A stretch of 64,000 nucleotides of DNA from Alphaproteobacteria bacterium (GTDB lineage: Bacteria; Pseudomonadota; Alphaproteobacteria; UBA828), in NCBI GenBank assembly GCA_965214705.1, contig CBDCCI010000002.1, positions 2,592,001 through 2,656,000 on the forward strand, written 5' to 3'. How positions within the stretch are numbered: the stretch's first letter is position 1; each line of letters opens with the position of its first letter. A program made the position numbers and the translations under genes. The notes beneath the pieces are model-generated. The model made no database searches, was not told the origin of the DNA, and saw only the letters and a program-made list of their open reading frames with translations. This document shows, one piece after another, positions 27,761-37,811 of the stretch.

Positions 27761-29852
27761 CCGAACTTCCGTTAGCATCTGATTGCCGATCTGGCCGGAT
27801 TTTGCCTGTTTCCGCCCTTTCTGCGCAGTTTAGCGCCCGGTTTGGCGCGAAATTCCCGAAATGATCGCCGAAACCGCCGCGATTCGGCGCTCCAGCGCTG
27901 GATCACGCCGTCCCGGCGCATCCACCAAAACCTGAATACTAGTCAGTAGATAGTTTTCTCGTTACGATAATTGCTCCGCATTCCCAAGCCTTTCCGATAT
28001 GATTGCCGCGATTCGCTAGGCAGATCGATATGCACATCGAAACCACCCGGTCCGGAAACTCCCGCTGCCACCTCCTCAGACAGTCCTACTGGCAGGACGG
28101 AAAACCCAAGAAGCGCACCCTGTGCAACCTCTCCGCCCTCCCGGAACACGCCATCGAAGCCCTCAAACGCGCCCTCAAGCGCGGACCCGCCCTCAATCCC
28201 GACAGCGCCGACGTCGAACTGCGCGCCAGCCGGGCGCACGGCGCCGTCAGCGCCGTTCTCGGCACCCTTCGCGACATCGGCCTCGACCGCGTCATCTTCC
28301 ACCGGCCCGATCGCCGCAGGGCCCTCGTCATCGCCATGATCGTCGCCCGCCTGATCCGGCCCGGCGCCAAGCTGCGCGTCGAGCGCGAACTGGGAGCGGC
28401 CGGCACAACCACCCTCGCCGCCCTGCTCGGCGTCGAAGGCGTCAGCGTCGACGAACTCTACGCCGCCATGGACTGGCTGGGCGCGCGACAGGGCGCGATC
28501 GAGCGCAAGCTCGCCCGGCGCCATCTCGGAGAGGACGATCTCGTCCTCTACGACGTGTCCTCGAGCTACATGGAGGGCAACGCCTGCCCCATGGCGAAGC
28601 GCGGCTATTCGAGGGATCGCCGGGGCGACCGCCCGCAGATCGTCTACGGCCTCCTCTGCACCCGCGATGGCTGTCCGGTCTCGATCGAGGCCTTCGCCGG
28701 CAACACCGGCGACCCGATGACTCTGGCCAGCCAGGTGCGCAAGGTCCGCGACAGCTTCGGCATCCGGCGGGTGGTGTTGGTGGGGGACCGCGGCATGATC
28801 GCGCAGACCCGCATCGACCGCGACCTCGCGCCCAACGGCATCGACTGGATCACGGCGCTGCGCGCATCCTCGATCCGCAAGCTCGTCGACCGGGGGCATG
28901 TCACGCCCGGCCTGTTCGACACCTGGGGCCTCGCGCGGGTGACCACGCCGGACTATCCCGGCGAGAGGCTGATCGTCTGCTACAACCCGGTTCTGGCGGC
29001 CGAGCGCAAGCGCAACCGCGACGGGCTGCTCAATGCGACCGAGACGGACGCGCGCGATTTCGCCGCGCGCCACGCCGCCGGCGACATCGACCGCGACGAG
29101 TTGAACCGTCGGCTGGGAACCTTGCGCCGCCGCAAGATGGCCAAGCACTTCCGCTTCGAATTCGACGAGGGCAGCGGCACCTTCAGTTGCGAACGCGACC
29201 GGGCGTCGATCGACGCCGAGGCCGCCCTCGACGGTCTCTACGTCATACGCACCAACGTGGACGAGGACGAGATCGAGGACGTCGAGGCGGTCCGCGTCTA
29301 CAAGAGCCTGTCACGCGTCGAGCGCGCCTTCCGCTCGCTCAAGACGGTGTCGTTGCGGATCCGCCCGATCTTCCACTGGCGCGACGACCGAGTACGGGCG
29401 CATCTTCTGATCTGCATGCTGGCTTGGTATGTCGAGTGGCACATGCGCCGCAGGCTGGCGCCGCTGCTGTTCGCCGAGGAGGACGGAGCGCCGCTGTCCG
29501 CGAACCCGGTGGCGCCGCCGGAACGCTCGGAAAAGGCCCGGCGCAAGGACAAGCGCCGAAAGACGGATGATGGACTTGCGGTGTGCGACTTCCGCGATCT
29601 CCTCGGCCATCTCGGCACGCTTGCTGCCACTGAGATCGCCACCGGAACCGACTTCGCCGTGCCCGCCCTGACCAAGCCGACCGAACTGCAGGAAAGGGCG
29701 TTCGCATTGCTCGGGCTGCGGCCCCATCCTGCGCCCGCGCTCACCGAAAAGGGGATGACCACCGCCAAACCTGTCCAGTAATCGTCGCTTCGAAACTCGC
29801 CGAAACCCCTGCCGCACAACGGTTCTTTGACTATCCCACACTGGAAGTTCGG
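27761..29852 (+). mobile_element. IS1634-family element
   Basis: TIR CCGAACTTCC; 6-bp TSD TTTAAG 27755-60/29853-58. Confidence 0.9.
28030..29781 (+). CDS. IS1634-family transposase
   Basis: 'LYDVSSSY', 'GYSRD', 'VGDRGM', 'YKSLSRVERAFRSLK', 'RPIFH'. Confidence 0.92.
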   Translation: MHIETTRSGNSRCHLLRQSYWQDGKPKKRTLCNLSALPEHAIEALKRALKRGPALNPDSADVELRASRAHGAVSAVLGTLRDIGLDRVIFHRPDRRRALVIAMIVARLIRPGAKLRVERELGAAGTTTLAALLGVEGVSVDELYAAMDWLGARQGAIERKLARRHLGEDDLVLYDVSSSYMEGNACPMAKRGYSRDRRGDRPQIVYGLLCTRDGCPVSIEAFAGNTGDPMTLASQVRKVRDSFGIRRVVLVGDRGMIAQTRIDRDLAPNGIDWITALRASSIRKLVDRGHVTPGLFDTWGLARVTTPDYPGERLIVCYNPVLAAERKRNRDGLLNATETDARDFAARHAAGDIDRDELNRRLGTLRRRKMAKHFRFEFDEGSGTFSCERDRASIDAEAALDGLYVIRTNVDEDEIEDVEAVRVYKSLSRVERAFRSLKTVSLRIRPIFHWRDDRVRAHLLICMLAWYVEWHMRRRLAPLLFAEEDGAPLSANPVAPPERSEKARRKDKRRKTDDGLAVCDFRDLLGHLGTLAATEIATGTDFAVPALTKPTELQERAFALLGLRPHPAPALTEKGMTTAKPVQ

Positions 29853-29892
29853 TTTAAGTGAACCTTCGGGTCGAGAACGGGAACGCCTCGGG

Positions 29893-30015
29893 TCATTGCG
29901 CAGCCCTCCATTCGGCCATCGTCTTGTTGCCCTTGCTCTGGTTGAAGCCCGAGCACAGCAGTTGAAAGTTGTCGCCCGTCCAAACCGTGCAGCTGTCGAA
30001 GTGGGCCGCGCTCAT
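29893..30015 (-). pseudogene. Collapsed remnant of a DNA methyltransferase-HNH passenger gene
   Basis: 40-aa ORF MSAAHFDSCTVWTGDN|FQLLCSGFNQSKGNKTMAEWRAAQ: MTase-like N-terminus joined to an HNH-like C-terminus. Confidence 0.55.
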
Positions 30016-30147
30016 GTCTGCGCATCATCCATTAATTCTTGCGCTATTGTCGGGATGTGGTTTTCACGCAGACAACGTTCCTAAAATAGGGAGTCCTCTG
30101 TTTTTTTGTTCATGACGAACCGCCTGCACCGACAATCATTGATAGAG

Positions 30148-31649
30148 GAGCCACTTGCAAAACTCCCAGGCGCGGTCTGCTTTTCCCGAGAGCCCGGCGT
30201 GAGGACATTGACGGTCGGAACGTAACATGAACTTCGGGACGAGCGGACGTCGCTGGCTGCCGCCGGGGCGCCGATTCGCCGCAAACCGATGCCCATGCGG
30301 GCGCATTTTGGACCCGCCGTCGCGATGCGGACATGGCTTTTTGCGCCTCCGCGGAGGGAGGCGTGCCGGCGTGACAGCGACGGAGGCGCCGCTCAGGCCA
30401 GGAGGCGCATCAGCTGGTCGACCGTCAGCACCAGGATGCCGAACATCAGGTGGCAATGAACCTTGGCATGGCCGCGCACGCGGACATGGCGGCCCCCGCA
30501 GTTGTCCTTCAGCCCACCGTTGATGCGCTCGATGTTCGAGCGCTCGTTGTAGCGCTCGTCCGCCGGGTGGCGGTGACCGACGCCTCTCTGCGCCCTGGCC
30601 TCGCGCGCCAGCTCCTCCTTGTACTCCTTGTCGCGAGGGTTGACGTCGATGATCGGGACGTGGCCCAGCAGGTAGCTGTGCCAGCCGATCTCGGGCGCGT
30701 CATAGGCTGAGTCCATGAGGTCGTACAGATTGGTGACGCGGTCGGCGGTCATACTCGCCAGCGGGATCGCGGCCTGGCTGTCGTGCAGCGAGGCGGACGT
30801 CAGGATGCAACTGATCGGAATGCCGCCATCGGCGGCGTCGATGTGCAGCTTGTAACCGATCCACGATGTGGTATGGCCCCTGGCGTTGCGCTTGGTGCCG
30901 ACGTCGCAGGCTTTCGGCAGGTCGTCGAGCATCTGGGGCAAGCTCATCGTGAGCTGGCGTTTCACGCGGCGCTCCTCCTTGGGCCGCTCCTCGCCCTTGC
31001 GCGGGCGGCCGCGCTTGCGCTTCGGCTTCTCCGCCTTGGGCTTGGGCTGAGGCTTCTCGCGCGCCTCGATCGCCGTCGAGTCGCGCGAGACGTGCCCGAC
31101 CAGATGGTCTCCGAGGGTCTGCTTGATCAGCGCCTCATGCACGCGAGCGGGCAACGCACTCTCGGAGAACTCCGCAAACGCCCGCGAAAACGTCGCCTCG
31201 CTCGGGATCTCTGCGGCATAGGTCCAGCCGCAGAGACGGCGTAGCGTCTTGTCGTTCTCAAGGCGCTCGATCAGGGCGCGCGTCGTGGGTACGTCGAACA
31301 CCGCCTTGGCGATGAAGGCGCGGGCCAAGGCCGCCCGATCCTCGACCGGCCGACCGGGCAGGCCATGGAAATGGGGAAGGAAGCTCTCGACCCGCGCAAG
31401 CTCAAGCACGGTGACGAAGCGCCGGTACCTCTCGCCGAGCGGCCCGAGCTCCTCCTCAAGCCACGGGAAAAGATCCGCTTGAATGTGATGCCAGAATCCG
31501 GATAGTGTCTGTCCCAGCGACATGGGGCCGCCCTCTCCGTCGACGTTGTCCGAAACCCGACAGGAACAGAGAGCGGTCCCGATTTCCAGGACAATCTGAC
31601 CGCCACGGCGGCAAAATCCCGCTCAAATGCGGAATTTTGCAAGTGGCTC
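30148..31649 (-). mobile_element. IS1182/IS5-like element
   Basis: 19-bp TIR GAGCCACTTGCAAAA(C/T)TCC (18/19); 4-bp TSD AGAG. Confidence 0.9.
30393..31523 (-). CDS. DDE transposase (IS1182/IS5-like)
   Basis: 'PSEATFSRAF', 'RDSTAI', 'GYKLH', 'HDSQ', 'MDSAYD', 'YNERSNIER'. Confidence 0.9.
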   Translation of the reverse strand: MSLGQTLSGFWHHIQADLFPWLEEELGPLGERYRRFVTVLELARVESFLPHFHGLPGRPVEDRAALARAFIAKAVFDVPTTRALIERLENDKTLRRLCGWTYAAEIPSEATFSRAFAEFSESALPARVHEALIKQTLGDHLVGHVSRDSTAIEAREKPQPKPKAEKPKRKRGRPRKGEERPKEERRVKRQLTMSLPQMLDDLPKACDVGTKRNARGHTTSWIGYKLHIDAADGGIPISCILTSASLHDSQAAIPLASMTADRVTNLYDLMDSAYDAPEIGWHSYLLGHVPIIDVNPRDKEYKEELAREARAQRGVGHRHPADERYNERSNIERINGGLKDNCGGRHVRVRGHAKVHCHLMFGILVLTVDQLMRLLA

Positions 31650-32441
31650 AGAGTTCACCTGTTGTTTCTATGCCTTCTAGCTTGCACCGTTTCATCCAAT
31701 AGGCCACAAACACTCGTTCTTCCATGTAGCGATGCGGCTGCGCCATGAACGAATGATAGAGGTGATCTATCTTTCTCCTGCCCAGTGTCGGGGGCGCTCG
31801 CACAATAAGCCGCGAAACGGCATCCCCTTGCCCAGGGTTCTTCTCTACCGCTCGAAAATCGTCTCGCGGAGTGCGGTAGCTTTCCCCAGGAACACGCCTA
31901 GCACCGGACGGCTCCATCGCTCGACAGCGCGGCCAACGATTCGTTCCAGGAACCACCATCCCACGACTTCCATCCGCCCATCATGTGGATTTCCGGCGCG
32001 ACGTCAAGTAAGGCTCATAAGCCCCTTGGCAATGCCTGTGCGAACGACCATGAGCGCCGTCAATGTGCAGACCGGGTGCGAGAGCGCCGGCTCAAGCAAC
32101 GGTCCGGGGGCGTGGCGCGTGTTGTTTCCCGGATTGATTGACGACGGATTTCCCGGGTTATTTCGGGTGACGGGCGCGCGTATTTCCCGGACTGATCGGT
32201 CATTGCCGGAAGGGGGACAGGGTGCCGGGGTGTCGGACGGCCGTCGGCGCGTCAAGCCGCTGCGCGGCTCCTCCGCTTCGCTACGGCCCTTCGGGTGACC
32301 CGCCGCCGTCCATCCGACGAAGTGCATCCATGGCCGTAAGCGGAGCTTTCGGCCACGGGCCGATCGCTCGACGCATTGTCGTTTTTTGAGCCCGAGAGGC
32401 GCCTGGGGGGCGGTTCCGGCGGGCGGTTCCCGCTCGAACTC

Positions 32442-33509
32442 CTAGGGATGGGCGGAACCGGGAGGCGGGAACCGCGAGGCGTCCGGATGGCGGCTGCCAT
32501 TGGCGGCGTCGTCCGGCGCGGCGTTCTCGGTTTCGCCTGTGACGAGGCTGTAATGTCCCTCGGCGTCGTGCCGGATGCGTCCCTCACGGACGAGCTTTCG
32601 CAGGATGGCGCCCACGGTCTTGTGCCGGGTTGCGGCGCGCTCCCGGATCTGGCGCTGGGAGAGCGGCGCGTCGGCTTCGGCGAGGGCCTGGAGGATGCGC
32701 CGTTCAGGGGTTTCGGGCCGCGGCGCGGCATCGCCGGTCTCGACCTGGCGGAGGCGCAGCGCGGGCCCCTTGCCGTCGTCGGCGAGCTCGATTTCGATGT
32801 CGTTGAGGCCGGGGGCGGCGCGATGCTCGACGGTCATGAGGATCTGCCTGTCTCGCCGGCGCAGGTACAGATTGGAGTCGCCCCAGGCGTGCAGCTCGCT
32901 GCTTCCGCGCAGGGCCTGGCCCGGCCTGGCGGCGCCGCTCTTTCGTGCGTGGTGGACCAGCAGCACGGCGGTCTCGAAGCGGCGCTGGACGTCGCGCAGG
33001 AAGCCGAGGATGGGGGCGACCTCGGCGACGGTGTTCTCGTCGATGCCGTGCAGGCGGACCAGGGGGTCGAGGACCACGAGGCGGGGCCGGACGCGTTCCA
33101 CCGTTTGCACCAGGCGCTGACGGTCCGCGCGATGATCGAGGCGCAGCGCGGGCACGTCGATGACCGCGATGTCGAGGGCGTCGAAGCGGGCGCCGGCGGC
33201 GCTCGCGATACCCTGGAGGCGGGCACGCACGATGTGCCCGGCGTCCTCGGCGGCGAACAGCAGGACCGGGCCCGGCCGGTCGGCGGCGAAGCGGCGCAGG
33301 CATGGGACGCCGGCGGCGACCGCGACGGCGATGTCGAGCGCGAGGAAGGACTTGCCGCACTTCGGCTCGCCGCCGACGATGCCGACGGCCTGGCGCCCCC
33401 AGAGCCCGTCGATGAGCCACTGCTGCTGGCGCGGCCGGTCCTCCAGCTCGATCGGCGCCCGCGTCGGGAAGCCGGTCATCGCCATGCCCTCGGTGGCGAC
33501 GCTGTTCAT
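32442..33509 (-). CDS. AAA_25/RepA-like (RecA-fold) helicase-ATPase with C-terminal winged helix
   Basis: 'WLIDGLW', Walker A GEPKCGKS, 'AAED', 'VVLDPL', 'VHHARK', 'LRGSS'; C-terminal HTH 'LSQRQIRE..VGAILRKLVREGRI'; ATGA overlap with upstream ATPase. Confidence 0.85.
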   Translation of the reverse strand: MNSVATEGMAMTGFPTRAPIELEDRPRQQQWLIDGLWGRQAVGIVGGEPKCGKSFLALDIAVAVAAGVPCLRRFAADRPGPVLLFAAEDAGHIVRARLQGIASAAGARFDALDIAVIDVPALRLDHRADRQRLVQTVERVRPRLVVLDPLVRLHGIDENTVAEVAPILGFLRDVQRRFETAVLLVHHARKSGAARPGQALRGSSELHAWGDSNLYLRRRDRQILMTVEHRAAPGLNDIEIELADDGKGPALRLRQVETGDAAPRPETPERRILQALAEADAPLSQRQIRERAATRHKTVGAILRKLVREGRIRHDAEGHYSLVTGETENAAPDDAANGSRHPDASRFPPPGSAHP

Positions 33510-34306
33510 GGCTGAAGCTCGTCGAGGGCGGTCTGGATGTGGTTGGCGTTGACGGTCTTTGCCTTGTCGAGGGCGGCGGCCGACAGCGCGTAATGGGCGA
33601 TGCGGTTGATCTGGCGCGGCAGGCCGCGGGTGCCCTGGAACAGGGCCTCGACGGCGGCCTCCTCGAACAGCGGCAGCTCGCATCCGGCGAGCCGGAGGCG
33701 GTGGGTCAGATAGGCGTCGACCTCGTCGCGTTCGAGGCCGGTGAGGTGGTGCCGCACGACGAGGCGCTGGCTGAGGGACTCATGCACCGCCATGGACAGC
33801 CGCCGCCTGAGCTCAGTGAGGCCGACCAGGATGAGGCACATGCGGTTCTCGGAGTCCATGGCGAAGTTGGTCAGCAGGCGGAGATCCTCCAACACGTCGT
33901 TGCGCAGATGGTGGGCCTCGTCGACGACGAGGACGGGGAGCTGCCTGGCTTCCTTGGCGAGGCGGGAGATCTCGGTCCTGATCGCGTGATGGGCCGAGGA
34001 GCGGGATCGCTCGACGGTCAGCCCGAGCTCCCATCCGATGGCCTTGTAGGTGTCGAGCACGTTGCCGGTGGTGAGCGAGACGTAATGGACGCGATACAGC
34101 CCCGGGTGGAGCTGGTCGGTGAGGTGGCGGCAGACGGTGGTCTTGCCGGCGCCGACCTCGCCGGTGAGCAGGCCGATGCCCTTGAGCTCGATGAGGTGGC
34201 CGAGCCTGGCCTCGGCCTCGCGCCGGGCCGAGGATTCGAACAGCTCGTCGGTCTGTGCCGGGGTCTCGAAGGGCATGCCGGTCAGGGCGAAGTGGCGCTG
34301 GTACAT
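33506..34306 (-). CDS. ExeA/TnsC/MuB-like AAA+ ATPase
   Basis: 'MYQRHFAL..MPF', GEVGAGKT, 'VVDEAH', 'LSQR', 'GLPRQIN'; TGATG overlap with transposase. Confidence 0.9.
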   Translation of the reverse strand: MYQRHFALTGMPFETPAQTDELFESSARREAEARLGHLIELKGIGLLTGEVGAGKTTVCRHLTDQLHPGLYRVHYVSLTTGNVLDTYKAIGWELGLTVERSRSSAHHAIRTEISRLAKEARQLPVLVVDEAHHLRNDVLEDLRLLTNFAMDSENRMCLILVGLTELRRRLSMAVHESLSQRLVVRHHLTGLERDEVDAYLTHRLRLAGCELPLFEEAAVEALFQGTRGLPRQINRIAHYALSAAALDKAKTVNANHIQTALDELQP

Positions 34307-35625
34307 CAGTCGTCCTCCTTGAACTTGCGCATCTTGAGCGGCGAGGGCGGCGGCTCGGGCGCCGGGTCGTCGGGTTCGATCTTCTTGGAGTAGTGGCCGC
34401 GCTTCACCGCGGTGTTGGCATAGGCGTCGAGGCGGGTTGCCTGGCCGGCGGGCTTTCCGTCGCAGACCACGTCGAGCGGCCGGCCGGGCGGTGCCTCCGG
34501 GTCGTAGCGCAGCACGACCCTTTCCCCGACCAGGATGGCGTCGACCTCGTAGACGCGACCGTTGAGGCTGACGGTGCGGTCCTTGTGGACCAGCCGCCTG
34601 GCCTCGAAGAGGAAGATGTCGTCGAGGTCGAGCGTGGCGTCGGGGTAGCGGACCGCGACCGAGGCCAACGCCCACTGCTCCAGCGGCGTGCGTCCCTCGA
34701 GGCCGCGATGCGGGGTGTCGTGATACTCGCCCTCGATCCACGCCCAGAGGCTGCGGTTGAGCGTCTGGAGGCTGTCCAGGACCGGCGCATCGAGATGGGC
34801 GAGCCAGCCGGCGCGAAGCGTTCTGAACCAGCGTTCGATCTTGCCCTTTCCGGCTGGCTGATACGGCCTCGCATGCACCAGCACGACGCCCAGTCTTGCG
34901 CAGATCAGGGCGAGATGGCGGGAGCGGTAGGCGGCGCCGTTGTCGACATAAAGGCGCTGCGGCAGCCCGCGGCGGATCAGCGCATTCTTGAACACGGGCA
35001 GGAAGGCCTGGACGTTCTCGGCCGTGGCGAAGGCGGCGAAGGGCACGACCCGGGTGGCGTCGTCGATGAATGCGATGAGGTAGGTCTTGCGCCGGCTCCG
35101 GCCGAAGCGGACCTTGGGCCCGTGCATGACGTCGCTCATCCACAGCTCGCCGGCCTCGCGGAAGGCGAAGCGGCGGCGGTCGGCGCCGTCCGGCGGCTTC
35201 CTGTCGAACAGCCCCTCGCGGCTCAGCAGCCGGTGCACGGTCGAGGGCGCGAGCGGGTGATCGATGCCCTCCTCGGCGGCCGCGCGGATGATCGCGCGCA
35301 CCGGCCAGGCCGGGTTGTCGGCCTTCAGCGCGACCAGGCGCTCGGCGACCTCGGGCGGCAGCCGCCGGGGCTTGCCCCGGTCGGTGCGCGGCTTGGGGTA
35401 GAGCGCCTCGAAGCCGCCATCGCGGTAGTGCCTGATCCACTCCCGCATGGTGTCGGCGGCAACCCGGGTCCGGTCGGTTCCGGGGATGGCATAGGGCTGG
35501 CTGGCCTTCTCGCGAAGCCTGTCGCCGACGCCCTTCGTGCCCAGCGGCAGATGCACCAGATCGGCGATCACGCCGTATCGGAAGAGCGCGATCGCCTGGC
35601 GGAGGTCGTCATCCGATTCCTTCAT
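34306..35625 (-). CDS. Mu/TnsB-like DDE transposase (rve + Mu-transposase C-terminal)
   Basis: 'LWMSD', 'FIDDATR', 'YVDNG', 'GKGKIERWF', 'YHDTPHRGL', 'RLVHKDRTVSLNG'. Confidence 0.92.
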   Translation of the reverse strand: MKESDDDLRQAIALFRYGVIADLVHLPLGTKGVGDRLREKASQPYAIPGTDRTRVAADTMREWIRHYRDGGFEALYPKPRTDRGKPRRLPPEVAERLVALKADNPAWPVRAIIRAAAEEGIDHPLAPSTVHRLLSREGLFDRKPPDGADRRRFAFREAGELWMSDVMHGPKVRFGRSRRKTYLIAFIDDATRVVPFAAFATAENVQAFLPVFKNALIRRGLPQRLYVDNGAAYRSRHLALICARLGVVLVHARPYQPAGKGKIERWFRTLRAGWLAHLDAPVLDSLQTLNRSLWAWIEGEYHDTPHRGLEGRTPLEQWALASVAVRYPDATLDLDDIFLFEARRLVHKDRTVSLNGRVYEVDAILVGERVVLRYDPEAPPGRPLDVVCDGKPAGQATRLDAYANTAVKRGHYSKKIEPDDPAPEPPPSPLKMRKFKEDD

Positions 35626-35669
35626 GTCACGGTCCTCGTTCGCGGCCCCTCGGGCCCGGGACCATGACG

Positions 35670-36305
35670 CTAGGCGCCTGGCGGGGGCGGATCAGGCCCC
35701 ATCGAGTGTTGGAGGCCCGGCTTGCGACTCCTCGCGCCGGTTCCGTGGGGTTGGAAGCCCAACGGCGCGGGCAGCGCCTGCAGCTGCCCGGCGACCAGGC
35801 CGCGCAGCGCCATCAATGCGCGGTTGCTTTTGAGCTTGTCGCGCACCGCGCTCATGGTGGCGGCGCAGCCCGCGAGCTTGTCGGGGATCAGGCCGATAAC
35901 GCGGGAAAGGACATCGTGGACGAGATCCACCCGCCGGCGCAGCCAGCGCAGCGCGCCGGGAAGCTCGATGGCGTCATCGTCCTCGGGGCGGCGCACCTCG
36001 TTCGCCGCCTCCTCCTGGCTCTTCGCGCCCTCGGCCGCGACGACAACCGCTTCCAGATCGTCGAGCGTGCCCGGCAGCCGCGCCGCCAGGCAGTCGGCCA
36101 GAAGGCTGATCGTCGTATGGCTCTCGCGGCAATACCAGCGAGGAACCCTCGCGCCGGGCGGGGTCTTCCGCCCGTAGGTGCCGTGGCTTCCCACGGAACA
36201 TCCGCCGTGCGGGTGATTCGGGCAGCGCTCAAGCCTTGCGTCGCGCCACGCCTCGGCCCTAACGTATTCCTCGCCGGTAAGCCCCGTTTCGTAGCGAAGC
36301 TGCAC
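35670..36305 (-). CDS. Zn-ribbon/HTH transposon protein (DUF6431-like)
   Basis: 'CPNH...C..HGTYGRK....RWYCRESHTTISLL'; first gene of the element. Confidence 0.7.
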   Translation of the reverse strand: MQLRYETGLTGEEYVRAEAWRDARLERCPNHPHGGCSVGSHGTYGRKTPPGARVPRWYCRESHTTISLLADCLAARLPGTLDDLEAVVVAAEGAKSQEEAANEVRRPEDDDAIELPGALRWLRRRVDLVHDVLSRVIGLIPDKLAGCAATMSAVRDKLKSNRALMALRGLVAGQLQALPAPLGFQPHGTGARSRKPGLQHSMGPDPPPPGA

Positions 36306-36953
36306 CGGCCATGGCCCGGCGGGAGTCAGCCCGCGCGGGCCTCTTTCTTGTTCCTCGTCAGCCCGAGACTACGGTCCCGCCCCGGCACCGCCAACCGCCG
36401 AAGCCGCGATGCTCGCCGATCTCCCGCTTTCCCCCACCATCCGGGGAAATCCCTGAACCGATCAATGTGAGAAAAATCGCCGACCCGCTATCCGGCTAAA
36501 GCGGGAAACAACAGCGCGGACAATGGGCGTCTGTCGACGCAGTGGCGAGACGCATGGAAGGGCGTTGGCCAAGAGGGGAGAGTGGAGCGCGGGCGATGCC
36601 GGAGCGGAGCGACGCATCGCCCGGCGCGACACGATGCAGGAGGGGCCGATGCAGGAACAGAGCGCGATGGCGCGGAGCGCCGAGCGCGGGATGGCGAGCC
36701 GTGGCCGGCGCAACGCACTTTTAACTATAGGGGGAGGCGGCAGGGCATTCGGTGACGGTGCGCAGACCCGGGCCGAAGCGTCTAGCGTCACGACACTCGG
36801 GACTGGCGCGAACGACGAAGGCGCGCATGCGCCGAGTTGGGCGCGAGACCGGAGTGGATCGCGGCTCATCACAGGCTGAGGATTGGAGCGTGAGCAGCGG
36901 GGACGCGCAAGCGCCAAGCCGGAGGGCTTAGCGTCGATGCGCGACGTTGGGTA

Positions 36954-37778
36954 CCCTTGTCGTTGCCCCTGCCGGGCCGGCCGAAGCAGATGCGGAACAT
37001 GTGGTGCGACTGAAGGTGCGTGAACGCCCGGGTGCGCTGACGGGTGCCGTCGCCCAGGATCCGCGCCACCGCCAGTGTCGTGTTGTCATAGAGGATCGAG
37101 CGCGGGATCCCGCCGAGGAAGGCGAAGGCGCTGACGTGTCCGTCGAGGAAGGCCTCCGTCGTCTCCCGCGGATAGGCCTTCACGAACCACACGTCGGAGT
37201 GCGGCAGGATCAGGCAGAAGATAGCGACCTTCTCGCGAATGCCCCGACCTCGACTGTCGCCTCGCCGAAGTCGACCTGGGCATGGCCGGGCGGGTGATGC
37301 AGCGGAACGAAGGCCTCGCACGTCGTCTGGCGGCGGGCCCGGACATAGTCCTTCACGATCGTGTAGCCGCCGCTGAACCCGTGCTCGTCCCGAAGCCGCT
37401 CGAAGATCCGATGCACCGTGTGCCGCGTTTGCGCGGAACCTCCGGATCGGCGTCCGCCTCCAGGATCGCATCGATGATCCCGGTGAACCCGTCCAGCTTC
37501 GGACGCCGCACAGGCTTCGTCCGCCGGTAGCCCGGCGGCGCCGAATAGCTCAGCATCTTCTTCACCGTCCGGCGGTCGATCCCGAACCGCCGACCGGCCT
37601 CATGATGGCTCAGCCCCTCCTCGGCAACCGCTAGCCGAACCGCCGCATAAAGCTCCACGCCGCACATCTCCCGCCCCGTGCCCGAACAGACAAGGCACCA
37701 TGAATGGCGCATTTTTGCGCCGCCGCGACCGGACCGACCGGCCGCTCCGCGTGGAGCATTATTCCGCCGCTGTTAACA
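36954..37778 (-). pseudogene. Truncated, frameshifted IS21-family istA with its left end
   Basis: TGTTAACAGCGGCGGAATAAT end at 37778; 'VELYAAVRLAV..PPGYRR', 'GGYTIVKDY', 'QVDFGE', 'YDN', 'GNDKG' spread over three frames. Confidence 0.88.
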
Positions 37779-37811
37779 CCGTCTGCACCACAGTCTGGTG
37801 CGGATTGTGGA

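Larger units (their letters stand above)
27595..29896 (-). pseudogene. Small antisense ORF at the IS1595 3' end (67 aa reconstructed), split by IS1634
   Basis: Removing 27761-29852 and one TSD gives in-frame MTRGVPVLDPKVHLKGATPEKLARALFRR...DDSI*. Confidence 0.55.
32120..36513 (-). mobile_element. Intact four-gene Mu/Tn7-like transposon carrying a RepA-like helicase
   Basis: Ends TGTTGTTTCCCG...CGGGAAACAACA; 5-bp TSD GCGCG 32115-19/36514-18; several sub-terminal TTTCCCGG-like sites at both ends. Confidence 0.9.

Noticed and set aside
31650-32119. Possible gene or IS remnants flanking the Mu-like element (also 36519-36950 and a GTAACC end at ~26585)
   Set aside because: No paired ends or convincing protein motif.
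33510-35440. Extended starts for the ExeA ATPase (644 aa) and AAA_25 protein (413 aa)
   Set aside because: The extensions overlap upstream genes in other frames; stop/start overlaps define starts at 34306 and 33509.
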